DNA of 57,520 nt from contig JAGUWJ010000070.1 of the NCBI GenBank assembly GCA_020062425.1, positions 1 through 57,520 on the forward strand. Reading direction: 5' to 3'. Shown here piece by piece: positions 46,237 to 55,359 of the stretch. This DNA is from Actinomycetota bacterium (GTDB lineage: Bacteria > Actinomycetota > Geothermincolia > Fen-727 > Anoxymicrobiaceae). The notes below the pieces were generated by a model. The model was not told where the DNA came from, did not search any database, and was given only the letters and a program-made list of their open reading frames with translations. Position numbers and translations under genes: made by a program. Positions within the stretch are counted from its first letter, which is position 1; each line of letters begins with the position of its first letter.

Positions 46237-46953
46237 CTAAGCGAGCACCTCGTATTGATGAATCTTGAGAGGCTCCCCCAGAAGAGTCTTCCCTGTGCGC
46301 ATTGTGTTTCTGAATAAGCCGTCGAAGATGGTCTTTGCTTCGTCGTGGAGGTAGTAGATCGGCACGGGCGGATTAAAGTCATCGTAGAAGAACCCGGAAA
46401 GGAGCTCATCGCGCGGGTAGATTAGTCGCGCGTCATATATCTCGTGTAGAGCAGGAAGGTTCAATCGCTCAAAGAGCTCAAGGAAAGAGTGCTTGATGGT
46501 GCTCACTCCTCCACAAAGACCGTGTTTGAAACCGTAATCAATCAAGGCCGAGATCATGGTTGTCGAGACAAAATGCCTAGGCAGCGGGTTATCACCCAAT
46601 CGTTTGATAGTGGTGAGCCGGCTTACCTCGCGGAGCAACCCACGTGGGCACACCCTTAGCTTGGTGGGAACCTCGAACGTGTAGTACCTCGATTCGGTTG
46701 GCAGGTCTTCGGAGTCGATTAGCCGCGCAGCCGCCAGGAGCTCACCGTTCGCGAAGGTTCCGAAGTAAAGGCTCGAAGAGTCGTAGGCGTCCTCAAACGA
46801 CTCCAGGTCGGCTGCGATATAGCCGCGGAGTTTGTATTCCTTCTCAATCATGTCTTTAACAACATCGAGCTCAGCTTTCCCCTCGGCTGCCCCCGATAGA
46901 ACCTCGATCCGCTCGCCGCGGTACTCTATATTGAGCTTCTTTACAACTTCCAT
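46237..46953 (-). CDS. GNAT-fold acyltransferase, N-acyl amino acid synthase (FeeM) / LuxI-like
   Basis: Y..RGYI...DAYD...AAARLI...LP.E...REVSRL pattern typical of acyl-ACP-dependent GNAT synthases. Confidence 0.6.
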   Translation of the reverse strand: MEVVKKLNIEYRGERIEVLSGAAEGKAELDVVKDMIEKEYKLRGYIAADLESFEDAYDSSSLYFGTFANGELLAAARLIDSEDLPTESRYYTFEVPTKLRVCPRGLLREVSRLTTIKRLGDNPLPRHFVSTTMISALIDYGFKHGLCGGVSTIKHSFLELFERLNLPALHEIYDARLIYPRDELLSGFFYDDFNPPVPIYYLHDEAKTIFDGLFRNTMRTGKTLLGEPLKIHQYEVLA

Positions 46954-47070
46954 TCAGAGCCTTTCGTACTCAGCGCATCCATAATTTTACGATATGTTCT
47001 TCGAGGTAGGCTAGATTAAACCGAAATTTGAGTCCCAATTGAACCGTCGGCTTCGATATGGACAAAGAGT

Positions 47071-48873
47071 TCAGGGTAGCGTCAAGGAGTTGAGGTAGAG
47101 CGCCCGCTCCGCCACCACGGGGGAGTCGCTTGCCACCTCGGTGGAGACGTGGTAGCTGGTGACGGTCTCTCCGGCGTTGAAGGTCTCTCTCGCTCCGGGG
47201 GCGACCGTGCGGGTGGGGCCGGGTATCTTCCCCGAGTCGGTGTGGTAGTTGAGGCTCACACTCGCGGGGGTATCCCCCGGGTTCTCAACCAGTATCCAGG
47301 TCTCGAAGCCGCCGGCGGTTGCGCCCTCAGCCATGTACCAGGTCTTCGCGGGGGCGGTGGCACCGATGGAGCCGGTGGCGCAGGTGCGCTCCCTGGCAAC
47401 GGGCTTGCTCGAGCCGTACTCGTACGCGCCGATATCGAAGCCGGAGCCCGCGGGTCTGGCGTTTCCATCCAGGTCGATAGCGGGGGCCCCGCTGCTCGAA
47501 CCTGCGTCTATGGCGGGGCTGCCGGCTTCCAGGTGGTAATCGCCCGTCTCTCCCCATGCGGGAGACTCGAACTCCGGGTTGGCTGAAAGATTACCCTTGT
47601 CAAGCGCGCCGGAGCGAATGTCCTTTGCTGTATATTCCTTGTCGTTGGCCTCGACCTGCACTTCGGCTTCGGGCGAGAAGAAGATGTTGTGATCGGCAAT
47701 CAGCTCGACAGAGTCACCGAAGTAGACGGGCCCGTGGCCGCCGGCGATGATGGTGTTCCTCATAAGGATCTGGACAGGCTCAGGGTCGTCGTACTGGAAG
47801 TAGGCCGGGTACGCCTCACGCTCAGGGTTGTCGTGCACCGTCACGTTGACGAACTCGAAATGGTCGCCCGCGCGATCGCAACCGACTACGATGCCCGCCC
47901 AGGGGGATGCGCCCCCTTCGCCGTCGCCTGCACCATAAACAAGGGTATTCTCGACCCTGCTGTCACCCCTCCAAAGCTTTACGCCGTCTCCGGAGTTGTT
48001 CGCCACCACGCACTCACGGATGTAGGTGTTTCCTGCCTTCGAATCAAGCCCGTCCCCCCGGTTGTGCTCGCAGGTCGTGTTCAATATCTCAATTGGGCCG
48101 TTGGAGGGCTCGATGCCGAGGCCGTCCGGCCTGTCGTAAGGCCCAGGGCCGGGGCCGCCCTGGTAGTAATGACCGGAGTAGGAGAGTTCACAGTCGTCGA
48201 TGGTCACGTTCCTCCAACCGCCCCGCTGTCCCACCGGCCCCATAAGGCAGCCGGAGCCGCAGTACGTCATGACGCAGTCTTTCACCACGAGGTCGTTCAC
48301 GTCCGCGAAGTCGACCGCGCCCTCGTCGAGGTGGTGGATGTAGAGGCCGTCCAGGATGACGTGCTCAACGGGGCCTCCCGCCCCGGCGATGCCCCCCCTG
48401 AAAGGCGCGCCGTCGTCACTGGTTATCTCGAGGTTCTCAAAGCGCAGGTAGCTCTTGCCGGATATGTCGACCGCCGAGTACAGGTCGTCACCGCCGGCGA
48501 GCACGGGGCGGCTGCCCGCCTCGCCCTTGATGGTTATCCAGGCGTCAGCCGTGCCGCTCGGCGGGATTATCATGTCGTCGTCAAAGACCTCGAGCGAATA
48601 CGTGCCGCCGCCTATCACCAGCGTATCTCCCGGGCTCAGGCGTCTCGAGGCGTACCCGGGCGTGGCCCATTGCGCGCCGATGGTGCCGGGATTCGAGTTG
48701 CTGCCTGAGGGCGAGACATGGTAGGTGGCGCCCGCCCCCTCGAACCCGACGTGGTCCGCGCGCGTGATGCGCCGGCTCCCGGTGCGGTTCCCACCGCACG
48801 CGGAAAGAGCGCACAGGGAGGCCAGGCAAGTGAGCACTGCCGCGGCTGAGAGGGCACGAAAAAAGCTCTTCAT
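47071..48873 (-). CDS. lipoprotein with right-handed beta-helix (pectin lyase-like) domain and C-terminal DUF5719-like repeat
   Basis: Lipobox LSAC; YHVSPSGSNSNPG, repeated N.GDG, DYHL..GSPAIDAG...DIGAYEY; tail TWYMAEGATAGGFETWILVENPG...VVAERALY. Confidence 0.8.
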   Translation of the reverse strand: MKSFFRALSAAAVLTCLASLCALSACGGNRTGSRRITRADHVGFEGAGATYHVSPSGSNSNPGTIGAQWATPGYASRRLSPGDTLVIGGGTYSLEVFDDDMIIPPSGTADAWITIKGEAGSRPVLAGGDDLYSAVDISGKSYLRFENLEITSDDGAPFRGGIAGAGGPVEHVILDGLYIHHLDEGAVDFADVNDLVVKDCVMTYCGSGCLMGPVGQRGGWRNVTIDDCELSYSGHYYQGGPGPGPYDRPDGLGIEPSNGPIEILNTTCEHNRGDGLDSKAGNTYIRECVVANNSGDGVKLWRGDSRVENTLVYGAGDGEGGASPWAGIVVGCDRAGDHFEFVNVTVHDNPEREAYPAYFQYDDPEPVQILMRNTIIAGGHGPVYFGDSVELIADHNIFFSPEAEVQVEANDKEYTAKDIRSGALDKGNLSANPEFESPAWGETGDYHLEAGSPAIDAGSSSGAPAIDLDGNARPAGSGFDIGAYEYGSSKPVARERTCATGSIGATAPAKTWYMAEGATAGGFETWILVENPGDTPASVSLNYHTDSGKIPGPTRTVAPGARETFNAGETVTSYHVSTEVASDSPVVAERALYLNSLTLP

Positions 48874-49092
48874 CCACCGACCCCCTGATTCAGGCTTCGA
48901 CCGGGCGATCCTGAAGTATTCATAGACAGTGCCTGTCCCCTTTTGTATAGCCTAGCACCTCCGGATGGTTGACCGTCACTGCTTTCTCAGGTAGAAACCA
49001 TTATGTTCCCGTTCGCGCAAGTGGGCTCTCTCCGCAGGAGCATCGCGGAGGAACTTGAATAAGACTGCAGCGCTCTCGAGAAGGAGGTCCTC

Positions 49093-49879
49093 ATGAAGGC
49101 GACTCGCTGGCTTCTTGTCCTGGTGCTCGTGCTGTCCGCCGCAGCCTGGGCGGGATGCGGTGGAAGGTGGAAGCGGCGGCAAGATAGAGGGCATCCGATG
49201 GGTGCTCGGTTCGTATGAGCTGAACGGTGAAACTACCGATGTGCCCGCGGACCTGCCGATAGACGCCCTCTTCGAGCGCGGGAAGGTGAGCGGGTTCTCG
49301 GGGGTCAACACCTACACCGGCGGCTACGAGCTCTCCGGAAGCAGTCTCACCATTGGCGAGCTGGCGACGACCCTGATGGCCGGCACCCCTGAACTGATGG
49401 CGATCGAGCAGGCTTATACCAAAACCCTGGAAAAGACGAGCTCATTCACTGCGGAGAGCGACGAACTGACACTTTTCGACAGCGACGGTGAAATCATCCT
49501 CACTTACGCCAAAGGCAAGACTCCCTCGCTGACCGGCGGTCCTTGGGAAGTGCTGAGCTATTACAATGGCGGCGACGCCATAGTCAGTGTCATCAGCGGC
49601 ACAGAACTGACATCCGATTTCTCAAAGGATGGAAAGGTGACGGGTTCGGCGGGAGTGAACGAGTACGAAGCGGCGTACGAGACCGAGGGCAAGACAATAT
49701 CCATCGATACCCCGAAGTTGACCACCGCCAACGTTGACGGGAATCCTGATATCACGGCGCAGGAGACGAACTTCCTCGCGGCGCTGGCTCTGGCAAAGAC
49801 ATATCGCGTCAGCGGTGACACGCTCGAGCTCCTGCGCGACGGCGGCAAGATAGCCGTTACCTACAAGCTGGCAAAGTAA
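49093..49879 (+). pseudogene. tandem META-domain lipoprotein frameshifted by a 7-bp duplication
   Basis: AAGGAGG-ATG 49093 encodes MKATRWLLVLVLVLSAAAWAGC; GGTGGAA is duplicated at 49159-49172; removing one copy joins the signal to two META repeats (GKVSGFSGVNTY...ATTLMA; GKVTGSAGVNEY). Confidence 0.8.
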
Positions 49880-49895
49880 ACTCGGGAGAAAGCGT

Positions 49896-50279
49896 ATGGT
49901 TGAGGACCTCTTCGCCAAAGGCATGGAAGAGATGCGCAGACATTTCGGTGCCGAGGCGGACGCCCACATCGAGAAGCTGAAGAGCATCAGCCCTGAGTTC
50001 GCCAAGATAAACGTGGAGTTCCCATTCGGTGAGCTCTACACCCGAGACGTCCTGGATGAGAAGACCCGCGAGCTCTGTACCATCGCCGCGCTTACCGTTG
50101 AGGGGCATTGCCTGCCCGAGCTGAAGCTGCACGCACTGGGAGCGCTCAACTGCGGCGCCACCCGCGAAGAGGTCGTGGAGGTTATAATCCAGATGATCGC
50201 CTACTGCGGCTTCCCGGCGGCTACCAACGCGCTGGTCGTGGTGAAGGAAGCGTTCGAGGAGCTTGATCGCGGGAAGTGA
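49896..50279 (+). CDS. carboxymuconolactone decarboxylase (AhpD-like) family protein
   Basis: FGELYTR..LDEKTRELCTIAAL...LKLH..GALN.GAT.EEVVEVI.Q..YCGFP. Confidence 0.92.
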   Translation: MVEDLFAKGMEEMRRHFGAEADAHIEKLKSISPEFAKINVEFPFGELYTRDVLDEKTRELCTIAALTVEGHCLPELKLHALGALNCGATREEVVEVIIQMIAYCGFPAATNALVVVKEAFEELDRGK

Positions 50280-51037
50280 CGGCGGTGGCCAGAAAAAGAG
50301 ATATCTGGTGGCTCTTGTACCAGCCGTACAAGTGGCTTGTCTTCATCCCGCTCCTGGGCATCACGACCTGTCTTTTCGTCGGGGTGGGGTATATCACCCT
50401 TCTGCTGACCAGCGAGAGGTTCGTCAACCGCACATTCGTCATCTGGTGGGCACGTTTCCTGGGCTTCATGGTCCCCATGCGTGTGACCGTCGTCGGCAGG
50501 GAGAACGTCCGGGAGGGCCAATCCTACATCGTGGCTTCGAACCACCAGAGCGCCAGCGACGCGCTGGTGCTGGTGGGGTGGCTCAGGTTCGACATCAGGT
50601 GGGTGTTGAAGACCGAGCTCAGGAGCTTTCCCGTTTTTGGATGGGCCGCAGAGAGGAGCGGGCAGATCTACATCGACCGCTCGAACCCGAAGGCAGCGTA
50701 TGAGTCACTCGAGAATGCAAAGAATAAGATCGAGGGTGGCGTCTCGATCACAATGCTTGTTGAGGGAACGCGCACCCGCACCGGTGAGCTGCTCGATTTC
50801 AAGAAGGGCGGATTCTGGCTGGCGCGCGAGCTCGAGCTGCCGATACTGCCGGTCACCATCTGCAACACCATCCACATACTGCCGCCCAAGACGCTGGACC
50901 AGTTCCCCGGTCGCGCGGTCTTGAGGATACACCCGCCGGTGGACACGAGCAGATACGACAAGGACTCTTACGACGAGCTGATAAGCGACGTGAAGGCCAT
51001 CATCCAGTCGGGCTTGGATGAGTACCAGATCTGGTAG
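50276..51037 (+). CDS. plsC: lysophospholipid / 1-acyl-sn-glycerol-3-phosphate acyltransferase
   Basis: NHQSASD (HxxxxD), IYIDR, EGTR, FKKG. Confidence 0.85.
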   Translation: MTAVARKRDIWWLLYQPYKWLVFIPLLGITTCLFVGVGYITLLLTSERFVNRTFVIWWARFLGFMVPMRVTVVGRENVREGQSYIVASNHQSASDALVLVGWLRFDIRWVLKTELRSFPVFGWAAERSGQIYIDRSNPKAAYESLENAKNKIEGGVSITMLVEGTRTRTGELLDFKKGGFWLARELELPILPVTICNTIHILPPKTLDQFPGRAVLRIHPPVDTSRYDKDSYDELISDVKAIIQSGLDEYQIW

Positions 51038-51055
51038 CCGGAGGTGAGAGCACAG

Positions 51056-51799
51056 ATGCCCGATGGAATAGGTGACCGGTACCACCAGGACACAAAGTAC
51101 TTCCGGGGTCGTATGCCTTTCCGCACGCTGGATTGGGCGGAAAAGCCGGGCGTATACAAGGAGTATCCCGGTGCGAGAGCGGTCGAACTGCCCGCGCCCG
51201 AGCCGTTGGAGGGCGATCCCGGCCTGCACGACGCCATCGTCGGGCGCAGGAGCGTGCGGGACTTCTCGGACGATCCGCTCGAGCTGGAGGAGCTGTCCTA
51301 CCTGCTATGGGCTTCGACCGGTGTCCAGCGCGTCGAGCAGGGATACGCCTTCCGCACCGCTCCGTCGGCGGGCACACTCTATCCAATTGAGACCTACCTC
51401 GCGGCCAACAGGGTGAACGGTCTCGACGCCGGACTCTACCACTACTCGATACCGCGTCACGTGCTGGAGGAGCTCAAGGCTGGAAACCTCGGGATGGACC
51501 TCGCGCGTGCCGCGCTCGACCAGGCGATCTGCCTTGACGCCGCGGCTGTCTTCGCATGGACCGCCGTCTTCGAGCGCTCCAAGTGGAAGTACGAACAGCG
51601 CGGTTACCGGTACATCTACATGGACGCCGGCCACATATGCGAGAACCTCTACCTGGCGGCATGCGCCCTCGGGCTCGGGGCCTGCGCTATCGGCGCATTG
51701 TATGACGACGAGCTTAACGCCGTCCTGGGTGTGGACGGCATCGATGAGAGCGCTTTCTACATGTGCGTCGTGGGGAAACCCCTAGTTTCGGCTCTCTAG
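51056..51799 (+). CDS. SagB/ThcOx family nitroreductase-like dehydrogenase
   Basis: RRSVRDF, RTAPSAG.LYPIE, KY..RGYRY..MDAGH..ENLYL. Confidence 0.9.
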   Translation: MPDGIGDRYHQDTKYFRGRMPFRTLDWAEKPGVYKEYPGARAVELPAPEPLEGDPGLHDAIVGRRSVRDFSDDPLELEELSYLLWASTGVQRVEQGYAFRTAPSAGTLYPIETYLAANRVNGLDAGLYHYSIPRHVLEELKAGNLGMDLARAALDQAICLDAAAVFAWTAVFERSKWKYEQRGYRYIYMDAGHICENLYLAACALGLGACAIGALYDDELNAVLGVDGIDESAFYMCVVGKPLVSAL

Positions 51800-51812
51800 G
51801 TCCCCGAGCGTC

Positions 51813-53726
51813 CTACTTCAGCTCGACAGTCTTGATTTCAGCTAGATCGTCGAGTGCGTTGATCTTGATGCGGGCCTCCGAGACCGTGTAGAGGTCGTTA
51901 TCGATGTAGAGCGCCCTCCGGACCGACTCGGGCGCGCCGTAGTAGCCGTATTCGTACTCCGTCCCGGCAGGATCCACGGCGTGCGTCACGCGTCCCTTCA
52001 GCTTGAAGCCCCCCTCGAGCGAGATGTCATAGACGTAGGCGCCCTGGAAGGTGTACTCGCCGTAATCGTAGTCCTTCCGCTCCGGCGAGGCCTTCTGCTC
52101 CGGTGTGAGCTCGGCCAGAAGCACCGGCACCACCAGCAGGTTCTTCTCACGGTCGAAGAGGAACGCCTTATGGTCATAGAGCGCGTAGGAGTCGGTGCCC
52201 CGGTCGCCTATCTCGACCTTGTGCATCTCGGTGGGGTTTGCCACGTCGGTGACGTCGAAGATGGCAATCTTCATGCCCTGGTACCACGCGAAGTTCCCGC
52301 CCTCCTCGGGCGCCGCCTCCACGGTGTTCTTCCCCACGCCGATGACGTGGGTCTCATCATATGGGTGCAGGTAGTCGGAGTAACCCGGTATCTTCAGCTC
52401 GCCCAGCACCCTAGGATTGAGCGGGTCGGCCAGGTCGAGCACGAACAGGGGGTCCACTTTCTTGAAGGTGACCATGTACGCCCTCGCCCCCATGAACCGC
52501 ACCGAGTAGATGCTCTCGCCGGCGGCGAGGCCTTCCAACCTGCCCGCTATCTTCATGTCCGGGTCGAGGATGTAGACGTTGTTGGTGGTGTCGGAGCCCT
52601 CGCGGCTCAGGTGCCCGCGCGTGGTTGCTATACGGAAGAAGCCGTTCGACTCGTCCATGGAGAACTGGTTGAGGATTGTACCCGGCACCTGCCCGGAGGC
52701 GACGTACCTGGTGCGCGGACCTTCCAGCGCGAACCTGTGGATGGTGGTCCTTGCCTCGGAGTCCGGCTCCGGCATGCGCCAGCCGCCGTAGTAAGGCCAC
52801 TCGGCGCTCGCAACATAGATGTTGCCGAGCGAGGCGTAAACGGTGTCGGAGTATCCGGCTATCACTTTCTTGCTCAAGCCCGGGTCGACGCCGTCGACGG
52901 AGAACGACACTATCGAGAGGAAAGAGGTAAAGCCCCTTGGGTCGACCACCTCGACCTCCCGGAAATCGCACGCCGGCTCGAAGTCAGCGGGATTCCCGCC
53001 CTGGCGGTCTTCACGGTACATGGGGATCACATCGTCGGGCTCGAGGCCCTTGCGGTCATAAGCGTAGTACGGGTAGGTGGTGAGGACCACGTGGATGTCG
53101 TCATCTATCATCCTCGCGGTGGAGTAGTCGCCCTCGTATTCGACCGCCCTCACGCGCGCCGGTTTCTCCTTGTTCGATACGTCGTAGACCTCCATGAAGG
53201 TGGAACCGCCCCTGGGGTAGGGATGCTCCTCGCCGATGCCGGGTTCAGGTATCGCGCTGTTGCTGCCCGAGCCGATGACCACCAGCGAATCCTCCACCAG
53301 GAACAGCTCGTTCAAGCTAGCGGCCTCGTTGAAATCTATCCTCGATACGACCCTGGCCGATTTCGCGGGGTAAGCCTTGACGATGAAGACCCTGTTGCCG
53401 GATATGGCGTAGATATGGTTGCCGTCGTTCTTGACGATGTCGGCTTCGTCGACCCCCTCGACCTGCACGTTGGTGGTCGAGTGCTCGGGCGTCCCCCCCG
53501 CGGCATCCCCCGCGGACGTGGGGCTGAAGCTCAGCTTCTCCTCCGAGAAGCTGTACTGCGCGAGTCCGTTCTTGAACGCCTCCATGAAGTCGTCCTCGGT
53601 AGCGAAGTGTTGAAGTGAGAAGGCTCTGACCCTCGGTGTCGAGCGCGTCGCGAAGTAAGCGACTGTACCGCCCACGGCGCAGATGAGGAGAACCACTATC
53701 AGGGCGATGACGATTGTCTTCTTCAT
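51813..53726 (-). CDS. secreted beta-propeller domain-containing protein
   Basis: N-terminal anchor, TTNVQVEGVDEADIVK, LNQFSMDE, ESIYSVRF, KVDPLFV, ELKIPGYSDYLHP. Confidence 0.9.
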   Translation of the reverse strand: MKKTIVIALIVVLLICAVGGTVAYFATRSTPRVRAFSLQHFATEDDFMEAFKNGLAQYSFSEEKLSFSPTSAGDAAGGTPEHSTTNVQVEGVDEADIVKNDGNHIYAISGNRVFIVKAYPAKSARVVSRIDFNEAASLNELFLVEDSLVVIGSGSNSAIPEPGIGEEHPYPRGGSTFMEVYDVSNKEKPARVRAVEYEGDYSTARMIDDDIHVVLTTYPYYAYDRKGLEPDDVIPMYREDRQGGNPADFEPACDFREVEVVDPRGFTSFLSIVSFSVDGVDPGLSKKVIAGYSDTVYASLGNIYVASAEWPYYGGWRMPEPDSEARTTIHRFALEGPRTRYVASGQVPGTILNQFSMDESNGFFRIATTRGHLSREGSDTTNNVYILDPDMKIAGRLEGLAAGESIYSVRFMGARAYMVTFKKVDPLFVLDLADPLNPRVLGELKIPGYSDYLHPYDETHVIGVGKNTVEAAPEEGGNFAWYQGMKIAIFDVTDVANPTEMHKVEIGDRGTDSYALYDHKAFLFDREKNLLVVPVLLAELTPEQKASPERKDYDYGEYTFQGAYVYDISLEGGFKLKGRVTHAVDPAGTEYEYGYYGAPESVRRALYIDNDLYTVSEARIKINALDDLAEIKTVELK

Positions 53727-53918
53727 TTCTGATTACCTCCCCGGGTTCCCCTTGAAAGGTTTTCGCTTCTTCACGCTTAGACGCGCATGCGCAAGCCCGG
53801 GTTTTCGACAGGGCTCCTCCGGCCGCCCCGTCTCGGATCAGCCATTGTGCGATAATGGGCGATGCCTGAACGAGCCCGGACTGCGGGGCGGCGCGGCTTC
53901 CTATCAGGAGGTACCAGT

Positions 53919-54740
53919 ATGCTGGGGCGAGCATTCGTGGAATTCGGGATTACGCCATGGATGATGCGCAGGGGCATCAATTTTGTCCAGGGATTATGGG
54001 CCCTGTCGAGGCTGCCTCGAACAGGCGAGTTTCATCCCTGGACGCGCGAGGACAAAAATGACATTCGCTGGCTGCCCATCAACGAGGAGCTGCAAACGGG
54101 TGAAGACACGCCCGTGCCGCTGGACCTGCTACTCAAGTTCATCGAGGAAGCGTCGCACCGGGTGGTCTACGATTTCTGTCCGTGCCGCTTCGGCAGCAAA
54201 TGCACGGATTACCCTGTCGATATCGGGTGCCTTTTGATGGGAGACTCGGCGCTCGAATCTCCAACCTCCATCAGCCACGAGGCGACGGTCGAGGAGGCAA
54301 AGGCGCTGGCGCTTCGCGCTGTTGAGGCTGGACTGGTACCTGTTGTAGGCAAGGCTAAGGTGGACAATTTCATCTTCGGCATAAGGGACAGAGCGCGACT
54401 GCTGACCGTCTGTTTCTGCTGCGAATGCTGCTGCTTCCTGGACTGCACCAGGTTTATACCGCTAGAGACCCTGGACACCATGTTTCCGCGTCTGAGCGGC
54501 ATCAATCTAGAGGTCACCGAAGCCTGTGTTGGCTGCGGGACATGCGCTGAGCACTGCTATATCCGTGCGATAGAGGTGAAAGATAACAGGGCTACCATCG
54601 GGGAGTACTGTCGTGCCTGTGGCCGTTGCGCGAACGTCTGCCCTAACGACGCGATAGAGATACGCATCGACGACCCTGATTTCCTTGAAGAAAGCTACCG
54701 AAGGATTCGCAAGCGCGTCAGTTACGACGGGAGTGGTTGA
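53919..54740 (+). CDS. 4Fe-4S binding protein with Cys-rich N-terminal domain
   Basis: CPCR...C...C, CFCCECCC, CVGCGTCAEHC, CRACGRCANVCP; AGGAGG RBS before ATG 53919. Confidence 0.88.
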   Translation: MLGRAFVEFGITPWMMRRGINFVQGLWALSRLPRTGEFHPWTREDKNDIRWLPINEELQTGEDTPVPLDLLLKFIEEASHRVVYDFCPCRFGSKCTDYPVDIGCLLMGDSALESPTSISHEATVEEAKALALRAVEAGLVPVVGKAKVDNFIFGIRDRARLLTVCFCCECCCFLDCTRFIPLETLDTMFPRLSGINLEVTEACVGCGTCAEHCYIRAIEVKDNRATIGEYCRACGRCANVCPNDAIEIRIDDPDFLEESYRRIRKRVSYDGSG

Positions 54741-54834
54741 GCGGCTCTCCTGAGCTGAGCGCAACCACTACGTGTTGCCGGTCCGGCGAACACTTGCGAA
54801 TACGCCGGGCCGGTACACATAGGACTGGGACTGC

Positions 54835-55107
54835 CTAGTAGCGGGACGAACGCTGCGGGCGCTCCTCCCTCGGCCTTGCCACGTTGACATTCAGACTGCG
54901 GCCGTCTACGTCTTTGCCGTTCAAGGCATCGATCGCCGCCTGGCCTTCGGTGTCATTGCTCATCTCGACAAAACCGAATCCCTTCGACCTGCCGGTTCCG
55001 CGATCCATGATCACGTCGGCTGAATCCACCGTGCCGTACTGGCTGAAAGCCTGTCTGATGTCTTCCTCGCTGGTTGAATAGCTGAGGTTTCCAACATATA
55101 TCTTCAT
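54835..55107 (-). CDS. RRM (RNP-1) RNA-binding protein
   Basis: RNP2 IYVGNL and RNP1 KGFGFVEM; AAGGAGG RBS. Confidence 0.95.
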   Translation of the reverse strand: MKIYVGNLSYSTSEEDIRQAFSQYGTVDSADVIMDRGTGRSKGFGFVEMSNDTEGQAAIDALNGKDVDGRSLNVNVARPREERPQRSSRY

Positions 55108-55116
55108 TCTTCTGCA

Positions 55117-55191
55117 CCTCCTTTGTGCATAAAAAAAGCCCCGAGATCAGATCCTCGGGACAATAACTTCACTACCTAAGAACTTTAACTC
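55117..55191 (-). promoter_or_regulatory. conserved 5' leader with terminator-like hairpin, copy 2 (RRM gene)
   Basis: Minus strand GAGT...TTCTTAGGT-12-GTCCCGAGG(ATCTGA)TCTCGGGGC-TTTTTTT-ATGC...AGGAGG; extended -10 TGCTACAAT at 55206-55198. Confidence 0.75.
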
Positions 55192-55359
55192 AAGCGCATT
55201 GTAGCACATTATCCGCCGTTGTGCATCTTTTCATACCGGCGGGCGCTGCGCGCAGCAAGAGGTCGGCAACGGTTTCGCCTGCCACTTGCCACTGCGTTTT
55301 GTATATCATTGTATAAAGGGAGAAGATCTTTCGAGCGACCGAGCGGCGGGAGGTTCGCC

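Noticed and set aside
51056-51799. SagB-type dehydrogenase as a sign of a TOMM/RiPP cluster
   Set aside because: No YcaO, precursor peptide or transporter nearby; stand-alone members are common in anaerobes
51981-53618. Long antisense ORFs (this 545-aa one, also 5462-6787, 16951-18180, 23542-24666, 35074-36177, 47689-48708)
   Set aside because: Shadow frames of well-supported genes in high-GC DNA; no motifs, no RBS, skewed composition
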